Source: Candidatus Nanopelagicales bacterium (GTDB taxonomy: Bacteria; Actinomycetota; Actinomycetes; S36-B12). Taken from it: a DNA stretch of 64,000 bases. The notes beneath the pieces are model-generated. The model was not told where the DNA came from. It saw only the letters and a list, made by a program, of their open reading frames with translations, and ran no database searches. Positions 49,575 to 59,377 of the stretch are shown piece by piece (positions within the stretch are counted from its first letter, which is position 1; each line of letters opens with the position of its first letter). A program made the position numbers and the translations under genes. The stretch lies in NCBI GenBank assembly GCA_017857175.1, contig JAFMDS010000003.1, positions 4,223 to 68,222 of the forward strand, written 5' to 3'.

Positions 49575-49668
49575 GGCTCACTGAGGGTTGACCGAGTCCA
49601 CTGACTGCTAATTCATTGAGTGGGTTTTGAAAACAGTCTTGACGATCAGGGCACCTATCGGTGTAGAA

Positions 49669-49682
49669 TGGTAACGTTTCCA
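49669..49682. promoter_or_regulatory. LacI-type operator, copy 4
   Basis: TGGTAACGTTTCCA directly after a TAGAAT -10 (TTGACG at 49639-49644). Confidence 0.85.
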
Positions 49683-49700
49683 GAAATCAGAAGGGCTTTC

Positions 49701-50837
49701 ATGAGTTCATTAGTTGAGACGCCGTTGGCTCTACCCAACCTCACCATTGTCGGAATTGAAACTATCCCTATCAGGGTTCCATTGGATCGCGTTTATCGAG
49801 GCAGCCATTACCAAATGACGCATCGTTCGACCATTATTACAAAGGTCATGACGGCTTCGGGAATAACTGGAGTTGCCTATGCAGGCGATGAAGATGCGGG
49901 TCTACTCGAGATTAATGAGATCATCAACAAGGAAATTGGGCCACTTCTTATAGGTGAAGATGCATTTGCAGTAGAGAAATGCTGGGAGATAACAAGACCT
50001 GCAACATGGAACATCCTTAGGGATCGTCGCTTGGGTCTTGTTGCCACCGCCTGTCTAGACGTAGCAATCTGGGATGCAATTGGCCAAGCGCTCAATACGC
50101 CACTCTGGAAACTATGGGGGGGCTATCGAAGAGAAGTTCCTGTGATCACCATTGGTGGTTATTACGCTGAGGACGCCAACATTGAAAAAGAGGTAACGAG
50201 CCTTGTTGAGGCTCAATTTGCGGGAATGAAATTCAAAGTAGGCGGCTTGTCACCCGAAGAAGATATCAAGCGCGTTGAACAAGCTCGTCGGGTAGCTGGA
50301 CCAGATTTCGCCCTTGCAGTTGATGCCAATCAGGGCTGGACTCCACAGGAAGCAATTCGTTTCTCTCAACTTGCGCAGGATCTAAATCTCATGTGGTTTG
50401 AGGAACCGTGCCAATGGCAGAACGACCGACGTGCCATGCGAGAAGTACGTTCTCGGGGCACGATTCCGATTTGTGCAGGTCAAAGTGAATTCTCAGCAGC
50501 GGGATGCAGGGATCTCATGGAAATAGGTAGTATTGATTTTTGCAATTTCGATTCCTCGTGGTCGGGTGGTCCAACGGAGTGGCGAAGGGCCGCGGCCATG
50601 GCAACGACTTTCGATGTCAAGATGGCACATCACGAAGAAGCACACGTATCGGCTCATTTGCTGGCATCAATCCCACATGGAACATTCGTTGAATTTTTCC
50701 ATCCGCAGCGCGATCCGATCTGGCACAACTTAATCGCTAACGCTCCCGCTTTGAAAGACGGAAAAATGCAGTTGAGCGATCGACCAGGACTTGGTTGGGA
50801 ACTTGATGAAGACTACATAAACAAGTACCGCATTTAG
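49701..50837 (+). CDS. Mandelate racemase-subgroup enolase (second)
   Basis: GGYY, KFK, VDANQ, WFEEP, AGQSE, NFD/HH dyad and PGLGWE motifs. Confidence 0.92.
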   Translation: MSSLVETPLALPNLTIVGIETIPIRVPLDRVYRGSHYQMTHRSTIITKVMTASGITGVAYAGDEDAGLLEINEIINKEIGPLLIGEDAFAVEKCWEITRPATWNILRDRRLGLVATACLDVAIWDAIGQALNTPLWKLWGGYRREVPVITIGGYYAEDANIEKEVTSLVEAQFAGMKFKVGGLSPEEDIKRVEQARRVAGPDFALAVDANQGWTPQEAIRFSQLAQDLNLMWFEEPCQWQNDRRAMREVRSRGTIPICAGQSEFSAAGCRDLMEIGSIDFCNFDSSWSGGPTEWRRAAAMATTFDVKMAHHEEAHVSAHLLASIPHGTFVEFFHPQRDPIWHNLIANAPALKDGKMQLSDRPGLGWELDEDYINKYRI

Positions 50838-50884
50838 TTTTCATCTAGCCCCATGTAAACCCAATCTCGAGAGGAATACAGCAA

Positions 50885-51898
50885 ATGAAAATGAGAATGC
50901 GCGAGGCAATCGTAAGCGCATTGGCGGACGAAATGAGATCCGATCCGACCGTGATACTTCTCGGTGAGGACATCGCTGGAGCGGGGGGCCCATTCAAAAC
51001 CTCCGATGGACTGCTGGATGAGTTCGGTCCAATGAGAGTGCGAGATACTCCAATTTCCGAGATGGGATTCACTGGCGCAGCGGTCGGCGCGTCAGCATTG
51101 GGGCTTCGTCCAGTTGTTGAAATCATGTTCATGGAATTTCTTGGAGTGGCACTTGATCAACTTGTGACCGAGGCTGCAAAGTTTAGATACCTCAGCGCTG
51201 GGCAAATTTCTTGTCCCCTAGTTGTCCGCGCTTCAATCGGAGCAGGTTTGGGATTTGGCAGTCAACACAGTCAAACATTAGAAAATTGGGTTACTTCAAC
51301 GCCGGGCCTCAAGGTTGTCACCGTAAGTAGTCCGCAATCTGCATATGACCTGATGCGATCTGCGATTCGTGACCCGGATCCTGTAATTGTCCTAGAGCCA
51401 CGTGTGCTGTATGCCGATCGAAGTGAAGTGGAAACAGGCGATCACCGTATTGGGAAATTGGGTGTTGCCCACTTGGCTCAAATTGGCGAGGATCTCACCA
51501 TTGTTGCCATGGGTCAGACCGTGAATATCGCGGTCAGGGGAACTCAACAGGCAGGAGTGAGCGCAGACATTATTGATTTACGCACACTGGCACCATGGGA
51601 TCGCGAGACTGTTTTCAACTCGGTAAAGAAGACGGGCCGACTTGTTGTGATTGAGGAAGCACCTGAGAGCGGTGGTTGGGGAAGTCAGATCGTGTCGGCA
51701 GTCACCGAAAACCAATTCCGCGATCTTAAGAGTCCAACTGTTCGCATTACGACTCCAAATGTTCCGGTCCCGTATGGTAAGAAACTGGAATCAAAATTCC
51801 TACCGTCGCCAGATGAAGTGGCACACACCTTGTCTGAATTTCTCGAAACTGGAAATGTTCCTGCGCCATGGTGGGTAAGAGAAGGGTACGTCCAATGA
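50885..51898 (+). CDS. 2-oxoacid/acetoin dehydrogenase E1 beta subunit
   Basis: GEDI, RVRDTPISE, RPVVEIMF, QHSQ and IIDLRTLAPWD motifs. Confidence 0.95.
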   Translation: MKMRMREAIVSALADEMRSDPTVILLGEDIAGAGGPFKTSDGLLDEFGPMRVRDTPISEMGFTGAAVGASALGLRPVVEIMFMEFLGVALDQLVTEAAKFRYLSAGQISCPLVVRASIGAGLGFGSQHSQTLENWVTSTPGLKVVTVSSPQSAYDLMRSAIRDPDPVIVLEPRVLYADRSEVETGDHRIGKLGVAHLAQIGEDLTIVAMGQTVNIAVRGTQQAGVSADIIDLRTLAPWDRETVFNSVKKTGRLVVIEEAPESGGWGSQIVSAVTENQFRDLKSPTVRITTPNVPVPYGKKLESKFLPSPDEVAHTLSEFLETGNVPAPWWVREGYVQ

Positions 51899-52911
51899 GC
51901 ACTGTCCTGAAGTCAACGGAAACTGCCATTCAAAGGCGTGAGGCTCTCGCTCGGGGGGCCAAGCAGCAATTTGAGCGAATGATCGAAATCCGAACTATCG
52001 AGGCGGTTGTCAACGATCTTTTTGCTGCTGGAAGTATTCACGGAACGACACATCTTTGTGTTGGCCAGGAAGCACTTGATGTTGGAATCGCGCTAGCACT
52101 GCGTCCCACAGATATGGTTACCGCGACCTATCGCAGTCACGGAATTGCTCTGGCACTAGGAATGACTCCACTCGAAGTAATGGGTGAGATCATGGGTAAA
52201 GATGTTGGTTGTACCGATGGCGTTGGCGGATCAATGCATTTGTGTGACATGTCAGTTGGCTTGTTGCCAACCTTTGCAATTGTTGGTGCGGGATATCCGG
52301 TAGCTGCAGGCGCGGCATTAGCTTTTCAAACACTTGGACAAGACAGCGTGGCTCTTGCAATGGCAGGCGACGGGTCCACAAATATCGGCGCATTCCATGA
52401 GTCACTCAATTTGGCAGCAATATGGAAGTTACCTGTAATTTTTGTGGTGGATAACAATGTCTATGGCGAATACTCGCGCATTGACACGACAACCCCAATA
52501 GAAGACTTGTATCTCCGCGCGGCGTCCTTTGACATTCCTGGCATAGTCGTTGATGGAATGGATGTCACAGCTGTTGAGGCAGTTGTTAGACAGGCTGCAG
52601 ATCGCGCTCGCCGGTGTGAAGGGCCCACTCTGATAGAAGCCAAGACCTATCGATTTTCGGGGCATTCACGTGCGGATCAAGCCCCGTATCGCCCAGTTGG
52701 CGAACTCGAATCTTGGCAGCAGCGGGACCCAATCAAACTTATGTCCGAAAAGTTGGTGAATGAAGGTGTCCTGACTTCTGATCAGGTCCTGCAAATCACG
52801 GAGTCGACCAGAGAATCAATATCGGAATTAGTCGCAGGGCTTGAGGCGCTGCCAGAGCCAGAATACTCGGCAATGTTTAACAATGTTTGGACAACAGAGA
52901 AGGTGACGTAG
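51895..52911 (+). CDS. 2-oxoacid/acetoin dehydrogenase E1 alpha subunit (TPP-dependent)
   Basis: HLCVGQEA, GGSMH, TPP motif GDG...NN and TYRFSGHS; ATGA overlap with E1 beta. Confidence 0.95.
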   Translation: MSTVLKSTETAIQRREALARGAKQQFERMIEIRTIEAVVNDLFAAGSIHGTTHLCVGQEALDVGIALALRPTDMVTATYRSHGIALALGMTPLEVMGEIMGKDVGCTDGVGGSMHLCDMSVGLLPTFAIVGAGYPVAAGAALAFQTLGQDSVALAMAGDGSTNIGAFHESLNLAAIWKLPVIFVVDNNVYGEYSRIDTTTPIEDLYLRAASFDIPGIVVDGMDVTAVEAVVRQAADRARRCEGPTLIEAKTYRFSGHSRADQAPYRPVGELESWQQRDPIKLMSEKLVNEGVLTSDQVLQITESTRESISELVAGLEALPEPEYSAMFNNVWTTEKVT

Positions 52912-52915
52912 GGCG

Positions 52916-53152
52916 ATGAAGACTTCAGTTAAAATGCCACGCGTCGCCGACACGGTTGACGAAGTCGTCATTGCCGAATGGCTTGTTGAAGTAGGAGCCA
53001 GAGTTGAAATTGGCGACGTACTCATGAATGTAGAGACCGACAAAGCGGTCGTAGAAGTCCCCAGTCCAGTTTCCGGGGTGCTCCTCGCGCAACTCGTAGC
53101 TGTTGACGACGAAGTGGTCACCGGAACCCCGATCGCCCAGTTAGAAACATGA
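52916..53152 (+). CDS. Stand-alone lipoyl-domain carrier protein
   Basis: 78 aa with VETDKAVVEVPSP lipoyl-lysine motif; no E2 catalytic domain follows. Confidence 0.92.
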   Translation: MKTSVKMPRVADTVDEVVIAEWLVEVGARVEIGDVLMNVETDKAVVEVPSPVSGVLLAQLVAVDDEVVTGTPIAQLET

Positions 53153-53177
53153 TTCCTTAACGAACTAGGAGGTTGCC

Positions 53178-54077
53178 ATGAATGTCAAGCCGTCAATCAT
53201 TGACACACATGTTCATTTTTTCGACATGAGGCAAAAGGAGTGGGATCTTGAGTGGTCGTGGCTAGCCCCTCAATCGGATCATCCGATTCTGGGAAACATT
53301 GACGCTATTAAGTCTCAGAGTTTCGACCTCACTGCCCTCGAAGGTGAGAGCAGGTTTGCAGGTGTCACAGGCTTTGTTCACGTACAAGCGGCAATTGGGT
53401 CTAGGGATCCGGTCACAGAAACCAAGTGGGTCGATCACATGGCCATGGCTTCATCGATTCCGGTTCAAATAGTGGGTCACGTTGATCTTGCAACTTCGCA
53501 AGGACCGCGTCAGATCGAACAGCATCTCGAGGCATCGGCAAGATTTGCGGGTGTTCGGGATTTCTCCCTGGAACCTGCCTTAGCCTCGGGTGACTTTTCT
53601 GCGTATGGACCATCATTCAAAGTTCTAACGGATGAAAACTTGGTCCTGGACTTGGATTGCGAGTTCCAAAATATGCCAGCAGCAAAATTATTGGCTGGCC
53701 GGAATCCTGACATGAATATTGTTTTAGAACATATCGGATTTCCACGCCGGCGCGATGACCAGTATTTCTCTGATTGGTCATTGGGAATCAAAACACTTGC
53801 AGAAGTACCTAATGTGATGTGCAAAATATCGGGGCTCGGGATGACCGATCCGCGGTTCACGGCTAAGTCATTACAGCCTTGGTTGGAAGTCTGCCTAGAT
53901 GCTTTTGGTCCAGATCGGCTTGTCATCGGTTCCAACTGGCCAATTGACCGCTTGTACAGTTCCTATGACGCGATTATCGGGCTTTATCGTGAATTCTTCA
54001 GCCAACTCTCGATCGATGACCAAGAAAAAATCTTCAATTTAAATACAAAGAAGGTATACCGCTTCAATAACGAGTGA
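53178..54077 (+). CDS. Amidohydrolase-2 sugar lactonase (COG3618, L-fuconolactonase-like)
   Basis: IDTHVH, VHVQAA, VLEHIG.P, KISG and FGPDRL..GSNWP motifs. Confidence 0.85.
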   Translation: MNVKPSIIDTHVHFFDMRQKEWDLEWSWLAPQSDHPILGNIDAIKSQSFDLTALEGESRFAGVTGFVHVQAAIGSRDPVTETKWVDHMAMASSIPVQIVGHVDLATSQGPRQIEQHLEASARFAGVRDFSLEPALASGDFSAYGPSFKVLTDENLVLDLDCEFQNMPAAKLLAGRNPDMNIVLEHIGFPRRRDDQYFSDWSLGIKTLAEVPNVMCKISGLGMTDPRFTAKSLQPWLEVCLDAFGPDRLVIGSNWPIDRLYSSYDAIIGLYREFFSQLSIDDQEKIFNLNTKKVYRFNNE

Positions 54078-54095
54078 ATGTATCTCTAATGCAGG

Positions 54096-55148
54096 CTAGC
54101 GTTCGACCCATGCGCCCTGTCGGGCACTACGATAAATCAAATCGAGAGCTTCAACTGTTCGTGCACCTAACTCAAGAGGCGCATCGTTGACGACTGGTTT
54201 TCCGCGAGTGAGGTCAAGGATCACCTCAACAGGACCAAAGCAGTCGTAATGACCTGCATTGGGTGGAAGTTCAACGTCAACGGTCGAACCGTCTGGTCGA
54301 TACAACCAAACCTGATCACGCTCAACATCGATTCGGAATTGGCCCTCAGACCCGTAAGCGGAAATACACAATTGGTGCCGGTTATTGGCTGCACCCATAT
54401 GGTTGGATGCACCGAATGCGGTACCAATAGAACCATCTTGATACTTGAGAGTGATGGCGTCGTGTAATTCAACTGGCGCGTTCATGGAGTTAAGCATGAG
54501 GGCAAATGCACCTGTTACTCGCTGGTCCAGTAGCCAGAGGCTCATGCCAAAAGCATGTGAAAGTTGAGCTTGGGCGTAACCACCGCCAGATAGTAGAGGG
54601 TTAGTCCACGTAGCTTGTTCTGGAGTTGTGTCTGCGGAGGCTTCGGGGTAGGCGCCAGTATTTGAAAGCAATTCTCGCGTTTGTGACGCCATAACAATAG
54701 ACACTGCTTCAATTTGGCCAATCCCGATATCAGTCATGAGTGACTTTGCCTTCTTCAGCATGGGGCTGAAATTCCAACCGAATGCACAGGTGACACTTCG
54801 GCCGTTCTTCTCCGCAAGTTCAACAAGTTCCCACGCATGATCGGGATTGAGAGTGACAGGCTTTTCAATCAGGACGTTAGCCCCCGCTTCGAGTGCGGCC
54901 TTTGCGTGTTCGTAATGCAACCCAGATGGACTCGCCACGAGAACTACATCGACACTCTCAGAGAGTACATCGACGTAATTTTCACTAGCAACCTTGAATC
55001 CAAAATTCGCCCGGATCCGCTCGAGAGCTTCCTTGCCATGGCGGGAAACACCTACAAACTCGACGTCTTCGTGCTTCGCAAAAGTGGGTAGATGTGATGA
55101 CACCGCCCAAGAACCTCCACCTATCACACCGAATCTAATTGGACTCAT
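54096..55148 (-). CDS. Gfo/Idh/MocA family oxidoreductase
   Basis: GVIGGGSWA, ASPSGLH, VLIEKP and SGGG....QLSH motifs. Confidence 0.92.
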   Translation of the reverse strand: MSPIRFGVIGGGSWAVSSHLPTFAKHEDVEFVGVSRHGKEALERIRANFGFKVASENYVDVLSESVDVVLVASPSGLHYEHAKAALEAGANVLIEKPVTLNPDHAWELVELAEKNGRSVTCAFGWNFSPMLKKAKSLMTDIGIGQIEAVSIVMASQTRELLSNTGAYPEASADTTPEQATWTNPLLSGGGYAQAQLSHAFGMSLWLLDQRVTGAFALMLNSMNAPVELHDAITLKYQDGSIGTAFGASNHMGAANNRHQLCISAYGSEGQFRIDVERDQVWLYRPDGSTVDVELPPNAGHYDCFGPVEVILDLTRGKPVVNDAPLELGARTVEALDLIYRSARQGAWVER

Positions 55149-55198
55149 GGAATATCTCCTTAATCAGTACGCAGTTTTACAATGGATTTCAGCAGATT

Positions 55199-56209
55199 TC
55201 AAGATGGGCTTAGTCGTTCTCTGAGGCGGTCGAAGGAAACAGCAATAATCAACAAGATTCCTGTCGCTATGGATTGCCAGAAGGATTGAACATTAAGCAA
55301 GGTAAGACCTGTGCTCAAAACTTGAATGATCATCAAGCCCAGGAAAGTTCCGATGATTGTGCCCCTACCACCATTGAGACTGGCTCCGCCAAGAACTATC
55401 GCAGTGACCACTAGGAGTTCATAACCGCGGGCATTATTTGGAGAGGCTGCTCCAAGTTGCGACACCAAGATAAGACCCGCTACCGAAGCGGCTAGTCCAG
55501 AAAGGATGAACGCAACAAAGATCACGCGACGACTGGGGATTCCGACGAGTCGAGCGGCCACTGGATTTGCGCCAATGGCGTACACCTGCCGACCGTAAAC
55601 CGTGTATTTCAAGACGATGAATCCTGCGATGAGTGTTATCCCAAAGATAATAACTGGCATCGGGATGTTGAGAAACGGTCTTGCGGTTCCGATGTAGCCG
55701 AAGTCGCGAATCAATACTGTTTGGCCATCGCCAATCAGTTGTCCAATTCCGAAGAAGGTGGCCAGGCCACCAAGAGTGACAATCAGACTGTTAACACCGA
55801 CAACGGTCACAAAGAATCCATTGATGACGCCGACGAGGAGACCTACAGCTAACCCAATGGCAACTGCCGACCCTAATGCCATACTTTGAGCCAGGGTGGC
55901 GGTTACCATGCCGCACATCGCGGCTGCAGATGCAACCGACAGGTCAACTTGACCAGCTACGAGCAAGATCGTTCCAGGCACAGCCATGATTCCAATGACA
56001 GCGATGCTTGTGAGCATGTTCAGCATGTTGTTAGTCGTGAAAAATACGGGGCTAGTCAAAGTGAACAAAAGGATCAGCGCGCCAAGCACCATAACTAGTG
56101 CGAGGGTTTCGGGGAGTTGACGCCTTGGTGGTCTCGATAATCCAAGAGTTGACGCTACAGAAACTTCGTCCCTGACTGCGGGGACTGTTCCCTCATCCAT
56201 TGTGTTCAT
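55199..56209 (-). CDS. Sugar ABC transporter permease (RbsC-like)
   Basis: GQVDLSV, YGRQVYAIGANPVAARLVGI and AIVLGGASLNGGRG motifs. Confidence 0.95.
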   Translation of the reverse strand: MNTMDEGTVPAVRDEVSVASTLGLSRPPRRQLPETLALVMVLGALILLFTLTSPVFFTTNNMLNMLTSIAVIGIMAVPGTILLVAGQVDLSVASAAAMCGMVTATLAQSMALGSAVAIGLAVGLLVGVINGFFVTVVGVNSLIVTLGGLATFFGIGQLIGDGQTVLIRDFGYIGTARPFLNIPMPVIIFGITLIAGFIVLKYTVYGRQVYAIGANPVAARLVGIPSRRVIFVAFILSGLAASVAGLILVSQLGAASPNNARGYELLVVTAIVLGGASLNGGRGTIIGTFLGLMIIQVLSTGLTLLNVQSFWQSIATGILLIIAVSFDRLRERLSPS

Positions 56210-56270
56210 GTGGCGCCTCTCCTTGTTGCAGTAAACGTGTGAATTGAATTCGTTAAATTAATTTCTGTGC

Positions 56271-57785
56271 TCATCCGCCAGACGCGTCTGTTAAAGCGAC
56301 CACTGAAACTTCGTGGTAGTCCAGATTGCTCGTGATTTTTCCTGCGGACATCACAACGGCTCGATCGGCAACCTGGACTACTTCTTCATAATCGGAGGTC
56401 GAGATCAATATCCCGACACCTTCGTCTGCAAGTTGTCGGATAACTGCATAAATTTCCTGTCGCGCACCTACGTCTACGCCCCGTGTTGGCTCCAGAAGAA
56501 CCAGAACCTTTGAGCCGGCATTAAGCCAGCGAGCGAGAAGCACCTTCTGTTGGTTTCCACCAGAGAGGAATGAAATTGCTTTATCTGCCCCACTTTCGGA
56601 AACCCTGATTCGAAGAGCCGTTCGCCATTTTTCAAATGAAGTGCGCTCTTTCTTGCCGTTCGCCCAGAAGGTGCCACCGAGAACACCAGACCAAAACGGA
56701 GCGACAAGGTTCATGCCACTAGAGAGTCCAAGAAAGGCCCCTTCGCGCTTGCGATCAGCGGGTAAAAGCCCAACGCCCAAGCCGATCGCGTTTCGTGGAG
56801 AACGTGCAGGAGGACCCCCATTGATGAAAAGCTCGCCTGCGGTTATTTTCTGAACTCCGAACGCAGCTTCAGCAACCTCAGAGATCCCGGAGCCAACTTT
56901 CCCGTAGAGTGCAACGACTTCGCCGGGCAAGATCACAAGGTTGGCATCCTCGAATGAGCCAGCAGATGCGGCGTCGCGGAGTTCGATCAGTGGTTCTGCG
57001 TTAGCCGGAATCAGGTTCATCTTTGGACGCCCGAATTCATCTATTTTGGAGCCAACCATTGCCTCAATAAGTATAGATCGGTCAATGTTTCGAGCATCAC
57101 TAGAGGACAACGCGAGATTACCGTCACGTAGTACAACTACATCGTCGGCAACTCGGCGTAATTCGTCGAGTCGATGCGTGATGTAGATCATTGCGGTACC
57201 TTTGTCGCGAAGGCGATCGATGAATTCGAATAAAGTGTCGACTTCATCGCCTGAAAGAGCCGCCGTGGGTTCATCAAGAACCAAAATTGCGGCTTTATCT
57301 GATAAAGCTCGCGCAATTTCAATGACCTGTCGCTCACCTACTCTCAGGGACGACATGAGAGCATTCGGATCGATATCGACTTCAAGATCATTGAGGATTC
57401 GTTGGGCTTCACGGCGCATTTGGCGCCATTGGACGAAACCTTTCTTGGATATTAATCGACCTAAGAAGATATTTTCGGCAACACTTAATGTGCCCGCATC
57501 GTTAATCTCTTGGTAAATCATTCTGATTCCCAAGTTTCCTGCGGTTATAGGCGTCAATTTTGAAAAAGTTTGATTAGCCACGGAGATTTCCCCGGAATCG
57601 GGTTCGTAATCCCCACTAATGATTTTTACAAGAGTTGATTTGCCTGCGCCATTTTCGCCAAGTAGTGCGAGAACGCGTCCCGAGGTGGCGTCGAGGTCAA
57701 TACCGTGCAAGACCTCGACACCACCAAAGGATTTCTTAATCCCTCGGACAGATAGTGCAATTTCCTTCCGAGAGTTTTCTAGCAT
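56271..57785 (-). CDS. Sugar ABC transporter ATP-binding protein (RbsA-like, double NBD)
   Basis: GENGAGKST, LDEPT, LSGGNQQK and EPTRGVDVGA motifs. Confidence 0.96.
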   Translation of the reverse strand: MLENSRKEIALSVRGIKKSFGGVEVLHGIDLDATSGRVLALLGENGAGKSTLVKIISGDYEPDSGEISVANQTFSKLTPITAGNLGIRMIYQEINDAGTLSVAENIFLGRLISKKGFVQWRQMRREAQRILNDLEVDIDPNALMSSLRVGERQVIEIARALSDKAAILVLDEPTAALSGDEVDTLFEFIDRLRDKGTAMIYITHRLDELRRVADDVVVLRDGNLALSSSDARNIDRSILIEAMVGSKIDEFGRPKMNLIPANAEPLIELRDAASAGSFEDANLVILPGEVVALYGKVGSGISEVAEAAFGVQKITAGELFINGGPPARSPRNAIGLGVGLLPADRKREGAFLGLSSGMNLVAPFWSGVLGGTFWANGKKERTSFEKWRTALRIRVSESGADKAISFLSGGNQQKVLLARWLNAGSKVLVLLEPTRGVDVGARQEIYAVIRQLADEGVGILISTSDYEEVVQVADRAVVMSAGKITSNLDYHEVSVVALTDASGG

Positions 57786-57791
57786 GCTTAA

Positions 57792-58910
57792 TCAGCATCC
57801 GCTCACATCGTAGAAGTCACCGATATTATTTTCGGTGACGTAGAGGTGGTCCACGAGCAGTTCCTTGGGAATGGTTACGCCATTGACTGCATCAATGAGG
57901 TAGGGAATTCCGATTTCGCCGTAACGCTCTGGGAAGAACGCTGCGCTACCTGCCCATTGACCTCCTGAAGCAATTTCGCAATGTGAGATCTTGTCGACTC
58001 CCATACCGGAAACGGCGATCTGGTCTTCGCGGCCAGCGGTACGTGCAGCAGCGAGTGCAGCACTGATGCCGTCATCGTTGATGGCAACAACTGCGATGCG
58101 ACTTGCATCTGGGAGTGCTGTCAGAGTGTCTGTGACAGCCGTGAGGGCAATGTCTTGACGCCCGGCATCCAGTTCGCGGACCTGGGTAGTCGCTTCATCG
58201 ATGGGACCACACACAGACTCAAAGCCCTCGCGCTGTCCATCCATGCGGGCGTCGTTAACGGAACCAACCCCGAAGTCTTCAAGGGAAATCCAAGCATCAA
58301 TCTTGCAATCCCAATTTTCCTTGACCCAGTTGCCGAGGCCTTCGCCACCGATAAACCCTGCACGAGCGTTATTGGCGCCCATGAAAGCTGTCTGGCAATC
58401 ACCTTGAGCAATGTCGATTGCAATTACTGGTACACCCTGTGGGCCTGCATCGCAGATCTCCTGGCCAGCGTCAGCAACAGGCTGGAAGTTCATGTATCCC
58501 TGAACACCTTGAGCCTCGAAGTTCTTAACACACGCCAAAGCTGTTGCTGCATCGAGCTTGCTATCGCAGAAGATCAGTGTCGCACCCGCGATTTCAGCCT
58601 GCTCTTTGAATCCGTCAGATACTGACTTACTGAATGGAATTGAATCGTCAAGGGCGATGATTCCTAGCGTTACGCCCTCACCACTGCCTGGCTCTGCTCC
58701 ACGAAATTCAACGAATTCACCCGAGGCAACTTCTGCGGTTTCTTCGCTGGTTTCCTCGACGACGACTTCTTCGGAAGGCGATTCTTCCACCGTTGCAGTC
58801 GCTGCTGCATCAGTTGATTCTGCGTCATCACTGCTGCTGCAAGCTGAAAGAGTCAGCGCGGCAGCGGCTACAAGAGAAGCGATTTGAGCCCCTCGTCTAA
58901 ATCGAATCAT
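57792..58910 (-). CDS. Sugar ABC transporter substrate-binding lipoprotein
   Basis: Lipobox LSAC, acidic linker and a Peripla_BP_4-like domain; start MIRF after GGAGG. Confidence 0.92.
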   Translation of the reverse strand: MIRFRRGAQIASLVAAAALTLSACSSSDDAESTDAAATATVEESPSEEVVVEETSEETAEVASGEFVEFRGAEPGSGEGVTLGIIALDDSIPFSKSVSDGFKEQAEIAGATLIFCDSKLDAATALACVKNFEAQGVQGYMNFQPVADAGQEICDAGPQGVPVIAIDIAQGDCQTAFMGANNARAGFIGGEGLGNWVKENWDCKIDAWISLEDFGVGSVNDARMDGQREGFESVCGPIDEATTQVRELDAGRQDIALTAVTDTLTALPDASRIAVVAINDDGISAALAAARTAGREDQIAVSGMGVDKISHCEIASGGQWAGSAAFFPERYGEIGIPYLIDAVNGVTIPKELLVDHLYVTENNIGDFYDVSGC

Positions 58911-58934
58911 ATGATTTCCTCCGAGTTCATGTAT

Positions 58935-58948
58935 TGGAAAGGTTTCCA
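58935..58948. promoter_or_regulatory. LacI-type operator, copy 5
   Basis: TGGAAAGGTTTCCA, 25 nt upstream of the SBP start; TTGACA on the minus strand at 58974-58979. Confidence 0.75.
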
Positions 58949-59014
58949 GAATCATTGCCCAAGGTTTCGGATGTGTCAAGGATCTTTGTAAAATTGTTAT
59001 TCAGCCAAACAGGT

Positions 59015-59362
59015 TCAACTGGCTTCAGCTGCGTTAGCGGCTATTTTTTCATTCATGTGCCACACCTGTTCGGCCATAAAGAGATTGCCAGATTCATCTG
59101 TGAGGGACTTGATGACATCGGTAAACCAGATCGCCCACTCAGTATTGGCAGTCGAATTTGCCATTGAGCCGAGGCATGACTCAATCGTTGGGTGACATTC
59201 CGCGTACCCGAACACCTGATTTCCACGACGAAATAGACTGTAGTTTCTCCACCCACCCGCCCATAGATCTCCCAGTAGTTGAGGCCACACTTCTTCGTGT
59301 CGTCGTTCGTACTCCTCTATTTTGTCTTCATAAATCTCCATAATGAATAGCAAACGCTCCAT
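59015..59362 (-). CDS. rhaM: L-rhamnose mutarotase family protein
   Basis: EYERRHEEVWP..L...G.RNYSLF motif; start MERL after GGAGG. Confidence 0.85.
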   Translation of the reverse strand: MERLLFIMEIYEDKIEEYERRHEEVWPQLLGDLWAGGWRNYSLFRRGNQVFGYAECHPTIESCLGSMANSTANTEWAIWFTDVIKSLTDESGNLFMAEQVWHMNEKIAANAAEAS

Positions 59363-59377
59363 GCAATTCCTCCAAAT

